Counted from the stretch's first letter, positions 1 through 13,140 are shown. The stretch: 64,000 bases of DNA from Eledone cirrhosa (GCA_964016885.1 OZ024741.1:305164001-305228000), one strand, 5' to 3'. Notes: generated by a model not told the origin, from the sequence alone. Program-made: numbers and translations.

Positions 1-143
1 TCTACAGCTGGATGCCTTTCCTAGCGCCAACCTCATTTACAGTGAGTACTGGGTGCTTTTTGTTGTGACACCTACACAACTGCAGTGTGGATTGGGTGCA
101 TATATATAGCTCTCTTTGTGGACAGAAGGATAAGAGTACTTTT

Positions 144-183
144 ATTCTGATGAACAGCCAGTTAGCTGTGAAACAAAGGCAAT
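144..183 (+). ncRNA. Degenerate minimal hammerhead-like motif
   Basis: ATT-CTGATGA-ACAGC cagtta GCTGT-GAAA-CAAAG-GC-AAT; the cleavage triplet lacks the conserved U. Confidence 0.4.
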
Positions 184-235
184 CTGTTATATTTTTCCAG
201 GTGTAAAGAGAATAAGAATATTTATAGATATACTG

Positions 236-412
236 TCATCATCATCATCATCATTAGCAGCAGCAGCAGCAACAGCACCCCCAACATCATCATCATCACA
301 GCAGCAGTACCCCCAACATCATCATCATCATCATCATCAGCAGCAGTACCCCCAACATCATCATCATCAACAGCAGCAGCAGCAGCAGCACACCCCATCA
401 TCCTCATTATGA
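236..412 (+). repeat. Compound (CAT)n/(CAG)n repeat with a ~40-bp higher-order unit
   Basis: Repeated cagcagtacccccaacatcatcat units. Confidence 0.85.
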
Positions 413-559
413 TCACCACTGTTTAGCATCTATTTTCCTTGCTTGCATGAGTTGGGTTATCATGTTCTGTAGCTAGACTGATCAAATTTCCACAACTTGC
501 TCATATGCTCTATTTTTCATTTGATTTCTCTGGATGGGGTCCTGTCCTAACTCCAACTA

Positions 560-885
560 CTTTACATCATGTGTACTGGGAGCATTTTATCATAGCATCA
601 GTGACTACTTTACAGTGTGGAGTGGACGTTTTTTTATCATGGCATCAACACTACCAATTTACAAAGTAGGCTGAATATGTTTTATTGTGGCACCAACACT
701 ATCACTTTACAGAGTCAACTGGGTGCATTTAATTGTGGGCTCAGCACTACCAGTTTACAGAGTCAACTGGGTGCATTTTATCGTGGCTTCAGCACTGCCA
801 CTTTACAGAGTTGGTTGGGTGCATTTTATCGTGGTACTAACACTACCAATTAACAGAGTGGGCTGGGTGTTTTTCATCATGGCAC
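560..885 (+). repeat. Degenerate ~39-bp minisatellite
   Basis: Unit tttacagagtcaactgggtgcattttatcgtggc..cactaccac repeated about 7 times. Confidence 0.75.
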
Positions 886-1071
886 ATGAGAATAAAATGA
901 TGACAACCTGATTTGCCAGTTGTCAACAATTTCCAACTGATAATCTGGATTTGAACTCAGAATCAAAACTGCCAAACTACCACATATGTCAACTTTTCTA
1001 ATAGATGTATATAATGTTAGGAATAGTTTTTAAATTGGACATTTCTTTTCATAGGATTTTCTCAAAAATTG

Positions 1072-1152
1072 ATGGAATTCATTTACAACCCAGATGATTT
1101 TCAGTGGAATATTCCAGATTGTTCAACATATAAAGATATACCTTTAAGCAAA
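1072..1152 (+). CDS. GDPGP1: GDP-D-glucose phosphorylase 1, coding exon 1 (MEFIYNPDDFQWNIPDCSTYKDIPLSK)
   Basis: Acceptor ttttcatag|G at 1055, ATG at 1072, donor GTAAGT at 1153 (phase 0). Resembles the GDPGP1 N-terminus (F.Y...D...W) and joins in frame to FDTL. Confidence 0.75.
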
Positions 1153-1474
1153 GTAAGTATTTGATATAAAATATTTATAGAATACTCTATCAAGTGTTTC
1201 CTAGCTGAATTGCTTGATGAGTAAATTAGTTTAGAATAATTTGTTTGATGACCAAATTGTTTAATAAAAGACCTTTCTGGTGATCAGCATTATCCCAAAG
1301 CATTCTAAAATGGATCTAATATACATCTGATAGGTACAGGCATGGCTGTCATCTTAAGTTTACTTCAGATCAAGGTGGTTTCAGGGTCAGTCACAATGCA
1401 TAATGTCCAATGTTTCTGAATGAATTTGGTAAATGGAAACTGTGGACATGTGTGTGTGTATATATATATGTGTG

Positions 1475-1509
<35 letters not shown>

Positions 1510-1615
1510 ATGTATATATATGTGTGTGTGTATATATATGTGTGTGTATATATATATATATGTGTGTGTGTATATATATATATATGTGTGTGTGTGTATA
1601 TATATATATATATTG

Positions 1616-1955
1616 GAGGCACATGGCTTAATGGTTAGAGCATTGGCCTTGCAATCAAAAGGTTGTGAGTTCAATTCTCAGACCGAGTGATGTGTTGTTT
1701 CCTTGAGCAAGACACTTTATTTCACATTGCTCCAGTTTACTCAGCTGTAGAAATGAGATGATAGGGACCGGGGTCCATATCATTCCACTGCAAAGTGGTC
1801 GTGGAGGTGTCACAGCAAAAAAAAAAAAAGCACCCAGCACTCACTGTAAATGAGGTTGGTGTTAGGAAAGGCATCCAGCTGTAGAAATCAAGCCAGAATC
1901 AGTTCCCGTCCCACCCTTGCAAGCAGGGAAAAGCAGACGTAAAATGATGATGATG
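1616..1955 (+). mobile_element. tRNA-derived SINE with RTE-type 3' tail
   Basis: A box (tggcttaatgg), B box (gagttcaattc), ccttgagcaagacactt core; 3' end cttgcaagcagggaaaagcagacgtaaaa(tga)n is shared with the RTE at 12563-13023. Confidence 0.85.
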
Positions 1956-1980
1956 ATATGTGTGTGTACATATATATATA

Positions 1981-2722
1981 TCATCATCACCATCATCATC
2001 GTTTAACATCCATCTTCCACGCTTGCATGGGTTTGGACGGGAGTTTTCCCACTTGAGGCAAGATTGGTTGTCCTGCTCGTATAGGACTGTCTGGCGGGTT
2101 TTCTAAGGCTGGATGCCCTTCCTAACACCAACCACGTTTACAGTGTGGACTGGGAGGTTTTTACCGTGTTACCTACACGGCCACATTACAGCGTGGACTG
2201 TGTGTTTTTTTGTTGTGACACCTACACAACCTCATTTGTTTCGGACTGGATGTTGTGGAACCAACATAACTTCACATTGAAGGGTGTGGATGGGGTGGGG
2301 GTAGTGGGACAGGGGTGTATGTTTGTGAGAGGTGCCTACTGACTGTAGGTTTCGCTTTGTACTTAGGCAAGGCGGGTCTTCTGTATTACTGTGTAGCGCC
2401 AAAGATCTCGGTCCAGTGGCATTGTCTTGGAGAGGTGTAAGTGTGTGAGGTCGGAATTTATCAAGTCGTCCCAGGTTTTTCTGGGTCTGCCTACTCCATG
2501 GCTACCGTCTATTTTTATCACCCTGCACTTTTTTATACAGCTGTCGTCGTTCATGCCCATCACGTGACCATACCAACGTAGTCTTCTCTTGAGTAAACAA
2601 CATCTGATCCCTCTTATTCCTAATTTCTCCCTTAGTTCGTTTATGCTTTGCCGTTCACGTATATTACTATTACACATCCAGCGGAGTATGCAAGCTTCGT
2701 TCCTCTCCAGTCTGCATATATC
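1981..2722 (-). mobile_element. RTE LINE family A, 5'-truncated 3' end
   Basis: RLERNEA..LRWMC...[10 protein letters not shown]...GRPRKTW, followed by the 3' UTR and (TGA)n tail. Confidence 0.9.
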
Positions 2723-2909
2723 CTCTCTCTCTCTATATATATATATATTAGAAAATAGAATAGCTTTCACCGTACTTTTCAACTAAAGAAATTTTAGTCT
2801 GATAATGGGGTTTAGAACCCTCAGATAAATGGAAAAAGATGAGTATTGACGTACATATATATATTGATATACATATATATATATGTATATATATATATGT
2901 ATATATATG

Positions 2910-2954
<45 letters not shown>

Positions 2955-2957
<3 letters not shown>

Positions 2958-3296
2958 GTCAAAGAAAGAAGAGTAACATGGTTGGCTGTACAATAAGGGC
3001 TTTATTCAAATTGCTGACAATTGTTTCGTTGATCTGTTGCGTCTAGAGTTTGCTAATCGCTTGATGCTGCGTCAATCGATCTCCAATATGTTGTTTACAA
3101 CCAGTCAACACATCAGAGCAAGTGATCCACTTGCTCTGATGTGTTGACTGGTGTAAACAACATATTGGAGATCGATTGACGCAGCATCAAGCGATTAGCA
3201 AACTCTAGACGCAACAGATCAACGAAACAATTGTCAGCAATTTGAATAAAGCCCTTATTGTACAGCCAACCATGTTACTCTTCTTTCTTTAACTAT
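2955..3296. repeat. Near-perfect palindrome (~170-bp arms, 3-nt loop) carrying a hammerhead-like motif; probable Penelope pLTR remnant
   Basis: 2955-3124 is the reverse complement of 3128-3296 with one mismatch and one indel. Confidence 0.9.
3131..3240 (+). ncRNA. Type I hammerhead-like motif (mirror copy on the - strand, ~3011-3121)
   Basis: TTGCT-CTGATGT-GTTGA..(long stem II)..TCAAC-GAAA-CAATTG-TC-AGCAA; palindromic stem III, GUC site, core A9 replaced by U. Confidence 0.6.
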
Positions 3297-4237
3297 TATT
3301 ACTCCCAGTATAACCTGCATAGAAACTATCACAAACTCGCTGCATCACTATGGAAGCATCTTGTTGAGTCAAACTAAGCCACACGTTACAACCATTCACA
3401 ACTCGGAGTACTCTAACCGGACTACCTCTAAGTGGATCACCTATAACGATAACTTGTTATCCCATATATATATATATATGTATATGGTGGATGAAGATTG
3501 CATAGAGTTGGAAAATTGTATTGAATGTGAATGATTCAATGTGTTGTTATGAGGAGTTGGTAGTTATACTCAAGAACATGTGGTTAACCGCTTTAGGTCT
3601 GCAGCGAAATTTCACATCATGCTCATTCAATTGTAATATTAAGGAAAAGTGAATAGAGAAATATGAAAACATCTCTTAGATGTCTTAGATTTTACAGAAA
3701 TATAATTACAACAAATGGAAATAAGCAAAGTTTGTACACTACATGATGTCTGTGTGAATTATGATAGGTTAAATGTGTGTGTGAAGAGAATGCAAGAGAG
3801 CTGTAACTGACTTTGGTCTCTGGCTAATATAAGCCTGAGAAACTTAACAGTCACAAGGTGACAATCATTGGAGTGGATCAACAACTGAGAGAGGATTGCC
3901 AGTTTCATTTGTTTTCAAATAGCTGAGGGTGGTACCATGGTAAATTTGCATAAGAAATTACAAATATTTAATGTAATATGAAAATACACTGTAGTTTCAT
4001 CAAAAACAAGTCACTAAAGCATGATTTTGCTACATATATATCTGCTTTCAGGTCCTATCTAGTAGGGAAGGAGGTTGTCTCCCTTGATGGTTTTAAAAAT
4101 GAGAATTAGTTTACATATTGAAACCCAACCCATCGTATTAATTTAATAACGTATGGGAATTCTAGTAATGTTCTTTTTTTATCATGTATAATGTTTTTTA
4201 ATTTCTTCTTCTTCTTCTCCTTCTCCTTCTTCTTCTT

Positions 4238-4582
4238 TTGTTGACCTAGAGAAGGCCTTTGATAGGATATCCTGATCTGTCATCTGGTGGTCCCTAAGGA
4301 AACTAGGTGTTGAGGAATGGTTTGTGAGGACAGCGCAAACTTTGTACAGAGGTGTTGTCAGTAAAGTGAGAGTAGGAATGCAGTTTAGTGAGGAATTCGA
4401 GATATAAGTAGGAGTACATCAGGGTTCGGTCCTCAGCCTGCTCTTGTTCATTATAGTTCTCCAAGCCATAACAGAGGAGTTTAAGACTGGCTGTCCATAG
4501 GAACTTCTCTATGCTGACGATCTGGTTCTTATAGCAGAATCAGTAGAGGGGCTAGAGAATAAATTCTGGCTATGGAAACAGC
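4238..4582 (+). mobile_element. Decayed RTE RT fragment
   Basis: FVDLEKAFDR...GVHQGSVLS.LLF...ELLYADDL with in-frame stops. Confidence 0.85.
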
Positions 4583-4583
4583 A

Positions 4584-4735
4584 AGGCTTTCACCCTTAAC
4601 GGGATCTTCTGAAACTAAAAAAATCAATCTTATATATATGAATATTTACTCCAGAAAACTGTCGAGTGCTCTGAATCATTATAAACATTTATATTTGTTG
4701 AATTTCCAACAAATTAAATATCCCTTCCACTTATA
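4584..4735 (+). mobile_element. Penelope-like terminal (pLTR) remnant
   Basis: Visibly homologous to 57833-58015 (aaggc...gaaa; tactcca..tgtcgagtgct..ttataaa.atttt..caa.aa.ttaaata..ttcca). Confidence 0.55.
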
Positions 4736-4817
4736 TATATTTGATATATATTTATCCTTATCAAACCCTCTTTGGATTTTGGTCTTCATATTTATTATTA
4801 TTACTATATATACGTAA

Positions 4818-4866
<49 letters not shown>

Positions 4867-4875
4867 TGTATATAT

Positions 4876-5512
4876 GTCAGGTCACCAGTTGGTGCTACTG
4901 GTAACATGTATCCCAGTACAACCTGTCTCATGGTCGGGTCGTTGGCGACTAAACTGGCAACCCCACCAAGGTTTCTTGGTGAGGAGGGTGACTTTGGACA
5001 TCCTGCAGGACTAAAAACAAAACCTGTCAAAGGGCAAAGGAGCTCTTAAGAGTCAATGGCCATCCAAAATCACCGGGAGAGATGACCCCTTTAGCCTTAG
5101 TCAAGGCAGAATTCTAGGAGAAGGAAAACTCTGATATAACACCTGCAACCCTGATGGTATCCAATGATGTTGACTTGTTCTTCTTTTTGGTAAATAGCAT
5201 CTTGGTTAAGAGAGTGGGACTGGCTTTGTGCAGTGCCTTTGCTCACTATAAAAGCTTCACGGCACAGGCATTGCTTTATATCTGGAGATCTCTCTGCACT
5301 TGTCCTCACATGGGCCCAGCACTATGTGTCAATAATTGTCCTACCATGGGCCTAGCACTATGTGTCAATAATTGTCACAGGTGTAGTGTTTGTACCAGAG
5401 GTTTCAAGTCGCTGGCTGGACTAAAAAGTCACACTCGTTCAGCGCTTCGGTAGGGGTTATCCTACATGGATGTAAAGTAGTGGCCGTACTCGAAAACGAG
5501 TTGGCAGCCACC
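4876..5512 (+). mobile_element. RTE-derived non-autonomous element, copy 1
   Basis: Starts gtcaggtcaccag and ends ctcgaaaacgagttggcagccacc; C2H2 remnant [20 protein letters not shown]; flanked by TA/TATG arrays. Confidence 0.85.
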
Positions 5513-5620
5513 ATGTATATATGTATGTATATATGTATGTATATATATATGTATGTATATATATATATGTATGTATATATATATATGTATGTATGTATAT
5601 ATATATGTATGTATATATAT

Positions 5621-7519
5621 CGGGTATAGCTGCCGGGATGCTGAAGGCATCTGGGTCTGTAGGTCACACTATAACCACACGTATTGTTAACCAGGTAATA
5701 CTAGGTGTCATACCAAAAGATTGGTGCAGTAGCATCATTGTCAACTGCTACAAAGATAAAGGTGATGCACTCGATAGAGGAAACTATAGAGGTATAAAGC
5801 TGATGGACCAGGTCATGAAAGTAACAGAAAGAGTTATAGCACAGTTGATTAGGGACCGGGTGAAACTAGATGAGATGCAATTTGGGTTTGTACCAGGAAG
5901 AGGCACCACTGATGCCCTCTTCCTTGTGAGGCAGCTACAGGAAAAGTACGTAGCTAAAAGTAAGCCACTCTACTTGGCATTTGTCGACCTCGAGAAAGCC
6001 TTTGACAGAGTTCCACGTGCTGTAATCTGGTGGGCTCTTAGAAAACTAGGAGTAGATGAATGGCTTGCGAAAGCTGTACAAGCCATGTATAGGGGAGCAG
6101 TCAGCAAAGTTAGGACTAGCAATGAGTATAGCGAGGAATTTAGCGTACAGGTTGGGGTCCACCAGGGCTCTGTTCTTAGCCCCCTCCTGTTCATCATAGT
6201 TTTGCAGGCAATAACGGAGGAGTTTAAGACCGGATGCCCATGAGAACTCCTGTATGCTGATGACCTCGCACTTATAGCTGAATCTATGGTAGAACTAGAG
6301 AAGAAATTCCAAACTTGGAAGCAGGGACTAGAAAGAAAGGGTCTCAAAGTCAACATGACAAAGACTAAGGTCCTTGTAAGTAGACGAGAAAACAGAACCC
6401 AGATCCCCTCAGGGAAATGGCCTTGCTCAGTATGTAGGAAAGGTGTAGGTAGGAACTCCATTCTCTGCCCCAAATGCAAACAAAGGGTACACAAGAGATG
6501 TAGCGGGATCTCAGGAAGCTTAATTAAGAATGTAGGCTTCACATGCAGCAGCTGTACTGGGACAGCAAGCAGCAAACAGCCACAGGAAACAAGTACCACC
6601 AATCTCTGGGAGGGCTCTGTAGAGACATTAGACAGGTTCTGCTACCTAGGTGACCGAATTAGCAGCGGAGGTGGGTGTTCAGAAAGTACAATAACTAGGG
6701 TAAGAACGGGATGGAAGAAGTTCAGGGAACTACTACCACTGCTAGCTGCAAAAGGCTTCTCCCTCAAAATGAAAGGCAGACTGTATGATGCGTGTATCCG
6801 AACAGCAATGTTACATGGTAGTGAGACCTGGGCGCTGAAGGTGGAAGACTTACGTAGATTAGAGAGAAACGAAGCCTACATGCTCCGATGGATGTGTAAT
6901 AGTAATATACGCGAACGACAAAGCATAAATGAATTGAGAGAGAGACTGAGCATAAGAGGAATCAAATGTTGTGTGCAGAAGAGGCGGTTGCGTTGGTATG
7001 GACATGTGATGCATATGAAGGATGACAGCTGCATAAAACGGTGCAGAGCACTAGAAGTTGATGGAAACCGCGGAGTGGGGATACCCAAGATGACCTGGGA
7101 TGAGGTGATAAAAGCAGACCTTACCCAATTACACCTCTCAAAGGCGATGACACACGACCGTGACCTCTGGCGTCACGCAGTAATACAGAGTACCCGACCT
7201 CCCATGGGTACAAGTTGAAGCATATAGACAATGTGCCCCCACACCCTCCCACTGCAAGGTGGTCGTGGCGGTGCCACGGCAAAAAAGCACCCAGCCCACA
7301 CTGTAAAGTGGACGTGTAGGCACCACGTAAAAGCACCGAGCACTCACTGTAAATGAGGTTGGTGTTAGGAAGGGCATCCAGCTGTAGAAATCAAGCCAAA
7401 GCAGTTCCTGTATGAGCAAGGCATGGTCAGCCGACCAGACACTGCCCACAGCAGGACAACCCGTCTAACCCATGCTAGCGTGGAAGAACGGACGTAAAAC
7501 GGTGATGATGATGATGATG
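5621..7519 (+). mobile_element. RTE LINE family A, 5'-truncated, premature stop at 6241
   Basis: RT motifs NYRGI, QFGF, FVDLEKAFD, GVHQGS, YADD; PHD-like insert; 3' UTR and (TGA)n tail. Confidence 0.93.
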
Positions 7520-7899
7520 TATATATATATATGTGTATATACATATGTATATATATATGTATGTATATATATATGTATATATATATGTATGTATATATAT
7601 ATGTATATATATATGTATGTATATATATATGTGTATATATATATGTATATATATATATGTGTATATATATATGTATATATATATATGTGTATGTATATAT
7701 GTATGTATGTATATATGTATGTATATATATGTGTATGTATATATATGTGTATGTATATATGTGTATGTATATATATATGTATGTATATATATATGTATGT
7801 ATATATATATGTATATATATATGTATATATATGTATGTATATGTATATATATATGTGTATATATGTATATATATATGTGTATGTATGTATATATGTATG

Positions 7900-7932
<33 letters not shown>

Positions 7933-7983
7933 ATATATATGTGTGTATATATGTATATATATATGTGTATGTATGTATATATG

Positions 7984-8024
<41 letters not shown>

Positions 8025-8427
8025 ATATATATGTATGTAGATATGTATGTATATATATATATATGTATATATATGTATATATATATGTATATATATGTAT
8101 ATATATATGTATATATATGTATATATGTATATATATATATGTATATATATGTATATATATGTATATTATGTATATATATATATGTATATATATGTATATT
8201 ATGTATATATATATATATGTATATATATGTATATGTATATATGTATATATATATATGTATATTATGTATATATATATATATGTATATATATGTATATATA
8301 TATGTATATATATGTATATATATATGTATATGTATATATATATATGTGTATATATATGTATATATATGTATATGTATATATATATATGTATATATGTATA
8401 TATATGTATATGTATATATATATATGT

Positions 8428-8459
<32 letters not shown>

Positions 8460-8465
8460 GTATAT
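7519..8465. repeat. (TA)n/(TATG)n microsatellite array
   Basis: About 950 bp of pure T/A/G dinucleotide-type repeats. Confidence 0.95.
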
Positions 8466-8466
8466 C

Positions 8467-8933
8467 TCATCATCATCATCAACGTTTAACGTCCGTGTTC
8501 CACGCTTGCATGGGTTTGGACGGGGGTATTCCCACTTGAGGCAAGAGTGATTATCTTGCTCGCATAGGACTGTCTGGCAGGTTTTCTACAGTTGGATGCC
8601 CTTCCTAACACCAACCACATTTACAGTGTGGACTGGGAGGTTTTTACCGTGTTGCCTACACGGCCACATTACAGCGTGGACTGTGTGTTTTTTTGTCGTG
8701 ACACCTACACGATCTCATTTGTTTCGGCCTGGATGGTGTGGCACCAACATAACTTTACATAGAAGGGGGCGTTGTGGATGGGGTGGGGGTGGTTGGACGG
8801 GGGTGTATTTTGTTAGAGATGCCTACTGACTGTAGTAGGTTTTACTATGTATTTAGGTAAGGCGGGTCTTCTCTATTACTGAGTACTGCCAAAGGTCTCG
8901 GTCCAGTGACATTGTCTTGGAGAGGTGTAAGTG
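8467..8933 (-). mobile_element. RTE family A 3' UTR fragment
   Basis: [23 protein letters not shown] plus a 3' UTR matching the other copies. Confidence 0.88.
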
Positions 8934-9056
8934 TATATATATATGTATATATATATATATATGTATATATATGTATATTATATATATGTATATATATGTA
9001 TATGTATATATATGTATATATATATATATATATATGTATATGTATGTATATGTATA

Positions 9057-9118
<62 letters not shown>

Positions 9119-9679
9119 CTCTTCCGACAAACCCAACCACGGATTACACACATTGGACATCGATCCCAATCAACCACATCCCAAGGATATTATTCAGCAT
9201 TCCACCACATCCTCTACGGAACTACCTTAAGGACTCACCCACTGACATACACTAAAAAAATTTTTTTTCCCACACGCCACCTACATCCACAACACATATA
9301 AACACCACACACATGTGCATACCACCACATGTTTACACACTCAGCCTCCGGAATCCCCCCCCCCCCCCACCCCTTTGACCCCTCCCCATCCACACGCGCA
9401 CACACACACCGACCTACACCCCACCCCACACTCACCTTTTCCTGAACATGCAACCCCGTTCTTCCCCCAACTCTTACTTTCACATACACACACACACACA
9501 CACACATACACCTACACACACACACACCACCTTCAGCCCTCCCCGCTCGGACACCCCACCTCCCTCTCCCCACTCCACCCGCCACCACCCCTACACGCCC
9601 CACAACCTTCCACCACCTGTTTTACTTCATGTTTATTTTTATTATGCTTTTATATTTAATTTCATTTGTACCGTTTCCT

Positions 9680-10950
9680 CTTACCTGGGAAGCACTGTCA
9701 ATCGATACAGCAACCTTGACAGTGAAATCTCACTTAGGATTAGGAAAGCAAGTGATGCTTTCGGAAAGCTAGAAAGGCGACTCTGGGGTTGGCGAGACAT
9801 ATGCAGGAGGACAAAGGTAAAGGTGTACAGAGCATGTGTGTTCTCTTGTCTTCTTTATGCCTGCGAGACCTGGGTCACATATCGACACCACCTTAAGCAA
9901 TTGGAGCGTTTCCATCAGATGTGTCTCAGACGGATCCATGGCGTTCACTGGAGGGACCACATCAGTGATATCGAGATTTTGGAAAGCTCTATGTGTGACA
10001 GTATAGAAGCTCTTGTGCTTAAGCAGCGACTCCGTTGGAGTGGTCACCTTGCCAGGATGAAGGATTCTAGAATACCAAAACAACTCTTTTATGGAGAGTT
10101 GGTTAAAGGAAAACGACCGCCACATAAACCAAAAAAGAGGTATAAGGATTCCTTGAAAGCCTCTCTGAAAGACGCTAACATCTCTGCTGATACATAGGAA
10201 AATATTGCTGCTGATCGTAATAAATGGAGAAAGACTGTATATGAGGGAAAAGTTGCCTTTGAGGCATCTCGAATCGCATACGAGAAAGTAAAGCGGGATG
10301 TGAGGAAGGGCATTGCTGTTGCACTTCCAGACGGCGAGGGTCCTCCTATGGTGCTGACATGCAGCGTCTGTGCGAGACTCTGCCTAAGCAAAGTTGGACT
10401 CGAAAGTCATCTTCGCAGTCATAAAGTAAGACCAGTGGTTGACTACCAGGCTGCTGTTGGAGATGCTACTCATCATGCTTGCCAAACATGTGGTAGAGAA
10501 TGTAAATCAGCAGGAGGGCTCAAACGACATGCAAAAGTACACGAACTCCAACCACAGCCGACTATTCCCAGTGAATGTTTTGGTTGCTGACTCTGTGCAA
10601 GACATTTTAGATCATTGGCTGGGCTAAAAAGCCACATTCGATCGCAGCGCTGTTAGTTGCTATCGTGTGTGTGTGTGTGTATAGATATGCTTATGTGTGT
10701 GCGTGTATGTGTATATGTATATATATATTATTATTGTTGTTGTCATTATTATTGTTGTTATTATTATTATTATTGTTATTAATGTATGTGTGTGTGTGTT
10801 TATGTGTATGTATGTGTGTATGTATATATATATGTATATATATATATATTTCTTTTTTTTAATTTTCTTTTCTTTTTTATTTAATTATTATTTTTTTTTT
10901 TTTCTCCTCGTGCAATGGCCATACTCGATAACGAGGGAGCAGCCATCATC
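9680..10950 (+). mobile_element. RTE LINE family C 3' part with three C-terminal C2H2 zinc fingers
   Basis: YLGS...AFGKL..RLW...YACETW...RLRWSGHLARM..RIPKQL.YGEL, then CSVC..HLRSH, CQTC..HAKVH and a decayed third finger. 3' end ggccatactcgataacgagggagcagccatc follows a microsatellite interruption. Confidence 0.88.
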
Positions 10951-11096
10951 ATATATATATGTATGTATATATGTATGTATTTATATGTATATATATATGT
11001 ATGTATTTATATGTATGTATATATGTATGTATATATATATATGTATGTATATATATATATATATATATGTATGTATATATATATGTATATATATAT

Positions 11097-11702
11097 GTCA
11101 GGTCACCAGTTGGTGCTACTGGTAACATGTATCCCAGTACAACCTGGCTCATGGTCGGGTCGTTGGCGACTAAACTGGCAACCCCACCAAGGTTTCTTGG
11201 TGAGGAGGGTGACTTTGGACATCCTGCAGGACTAAAAACAAAACCTGTCAAAGAGCAAAGGAGCTCTTAAGAGTCAATGGCCATCCAAAATCACTGGGAG
11301 AGATGACCCCTTAGCCTTTGTCAAGGCAGAATTCTAAGAGAAGGAAGGCTCTGATATAACATCTGCAACCCTGATGGTATCCAATGATGTTGACTTGTTC
11401 TTCTTTTTGGTAAATAACATCTTGGTTAAGAGAGTGGGACTGGCTTTGTGCAGTGCTTTTGCTCACTATAAAAGCTTCACGGCACAGGCATTGCTTTGTA
11501 TCTGGAGATCTCTCTGCACTTGTGGTCACACGGTAGCATGGGCCCAGCACTGTGTCAATAATGGTCACAAGTGTATTGTTTGTACCAGAGTTTTCAAGTC
11601 GCTGGCTGGACTAAAAATTCACACTCGTTCAGCGCATCGGTAGGGGTTCTCCTACATGGATATAAAGTAGTGGCCGTACTCGAGAACGAGTTGGCAGCCA
11701 CC
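11097..11702 (+). mobile_element. RTE-derived non-autonomous element, copy 2
   Basis: High identity to 4876-5512 with the same termini. Confidence 0.88.
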
Positions 11703-12154
11703 ATGTATATATATATGTATGTATATATATATGTATATATATATGTATGTTTTTTTTTATATGTATATATCATCATCATCACTTTACGTCCGCTTTTCCC
11801 TGCTTGCATATATGTATGTATATATATATATGTATGTATATATATATATGTATGTATATATATATATATATGTATGTATATATATATGTATGTATATATA
11901 TGTATATATATATATATGTATGTATATATATATATATATATGTATGTTATATATATATATATATGTATGTTATATATATATATATATGTATGTATATATA
12001 TATGTATGTATATATATATATATGTATGTATATATATATATATGTATGTATATATATATATATGTATATATATGTATGTATATATATATATATGTATGTA
12101 TATATATATATATGTATGTATATATATATATATGTATGTATATATATATATATG

Positions 12155-12192
<38 letters not shown>

Positions 12193-12522
12193 ATATATAT
12201 ATATATATATGTATGTATATATATATATGTATGTATATATATATATATGTATGTATATATATATATATGTATGTATATATATATGTATGTATGTATATAT
12301 ATATGTATGTATGTATATATATATATATGTATGTATATATATATGTATGTATATATATATATATGTATGTATATATATATATATGTATGTATATATATAT
12401 GTATGTATGTATATATATATATATGTATGTATATATATATATATGTATGTATGTATATATATATGTATGTATATATATATATGTATGTATATATATATGT
12501 ATGTATATATATATATGTATGT

Positions 12523-12562
<40 letters not shown>

Positions 12563-12563
<1 letters not shown>

Positions 12564-13023
12564 TGATGCCTGTGTGAGGAGCGCGATGCTGCATGGTAGT
12601 GAGACATGGGCAGCAACCGCAGAGGATATGCGACGGCTGGAGAGAAATGAGGCAAGCATGCTCCGTTGGATGTGCAGTGTTAATGTGCGTGAACGACCCA
12701 GCATAAATGTGTTGAGAGAGAAACTGTGTCTGAGAGGGATAGAATGTAGTGTACGGGAGAGGAGACTGAGGTGGTATGGACATGTGATGCGCATGGAGGA
12801 TGACCGATGGGTGAAGAAGTGCCAGGAAATGCCAGTTGAAGGAAGACGTGGTAGAGGTAGACCACGAAAAACATGGGCGGAGGTGGTGAGAACAGACCTC
12901 AGATCATTGAAGCTCACGGTGGAGATGACGAGGGACCGTGACGAGTGGAGAGATGCTGTGCTGAATAAGACCCGTCCCACCCTTGCAAGCAGGGAAAAGC
13001 GGACGTAAAATGATGATGATGAT
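12563..13023 (+). mobile_element. RTE LINE 3' end (family related to A)
   Basis: [16 protein letters not shown]...[15 protein letters not shown]...GRPRKTW; (TGA)n tail. Confidence 0.9.
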
Positions 13024-13050
13024 ATATATATGTATGTATATATATATATG

Positions 13051-13101
<51 letters not shown>

Positions 13102-13140
13102 GTATGTATATATATATATATATGTATATATATATGTATG

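Noticed and set aside
191-235. Possible upstream exon acceptor (tttttccag|GT)
   Set aside because: No donor or coding support visible; cannot be called without transcripts.
222-419. Poly-Asp/Ala/Met ORF
   Set aside because: Trinucleotide repeat translation.
560-885. Regularly spaced ~39-bp repeats resembling a CRISPR array
   Set aside because: Degenerate tandem units without unique spacers, eukaryotic context, no cas genes.
1616-1690. tRNA gene
   Set aside because: A and B boxes are present, but it is the head of a multi-copy SINE with no acceptor stem or terminator.
5154-5453. Recurrent small ORF MVSNDVDLFF...C2H2 finger
   Set aside because: Part of the non-autonomous repeat. Only the terminal finger resembles RTE protein and the frame breaks in copy 4 (46581).
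7472-8550. Long Y/I/M/C/V/H/T-rich ORFs here and at 11.5-13.4, 37.1-37.9, 41.7-42.4, 46.8-48.7 and 50.3-51.5 kb
   Set aside because: Translations of (TA)n/(TATG)n microsatellites that lack stop codons; not genes.
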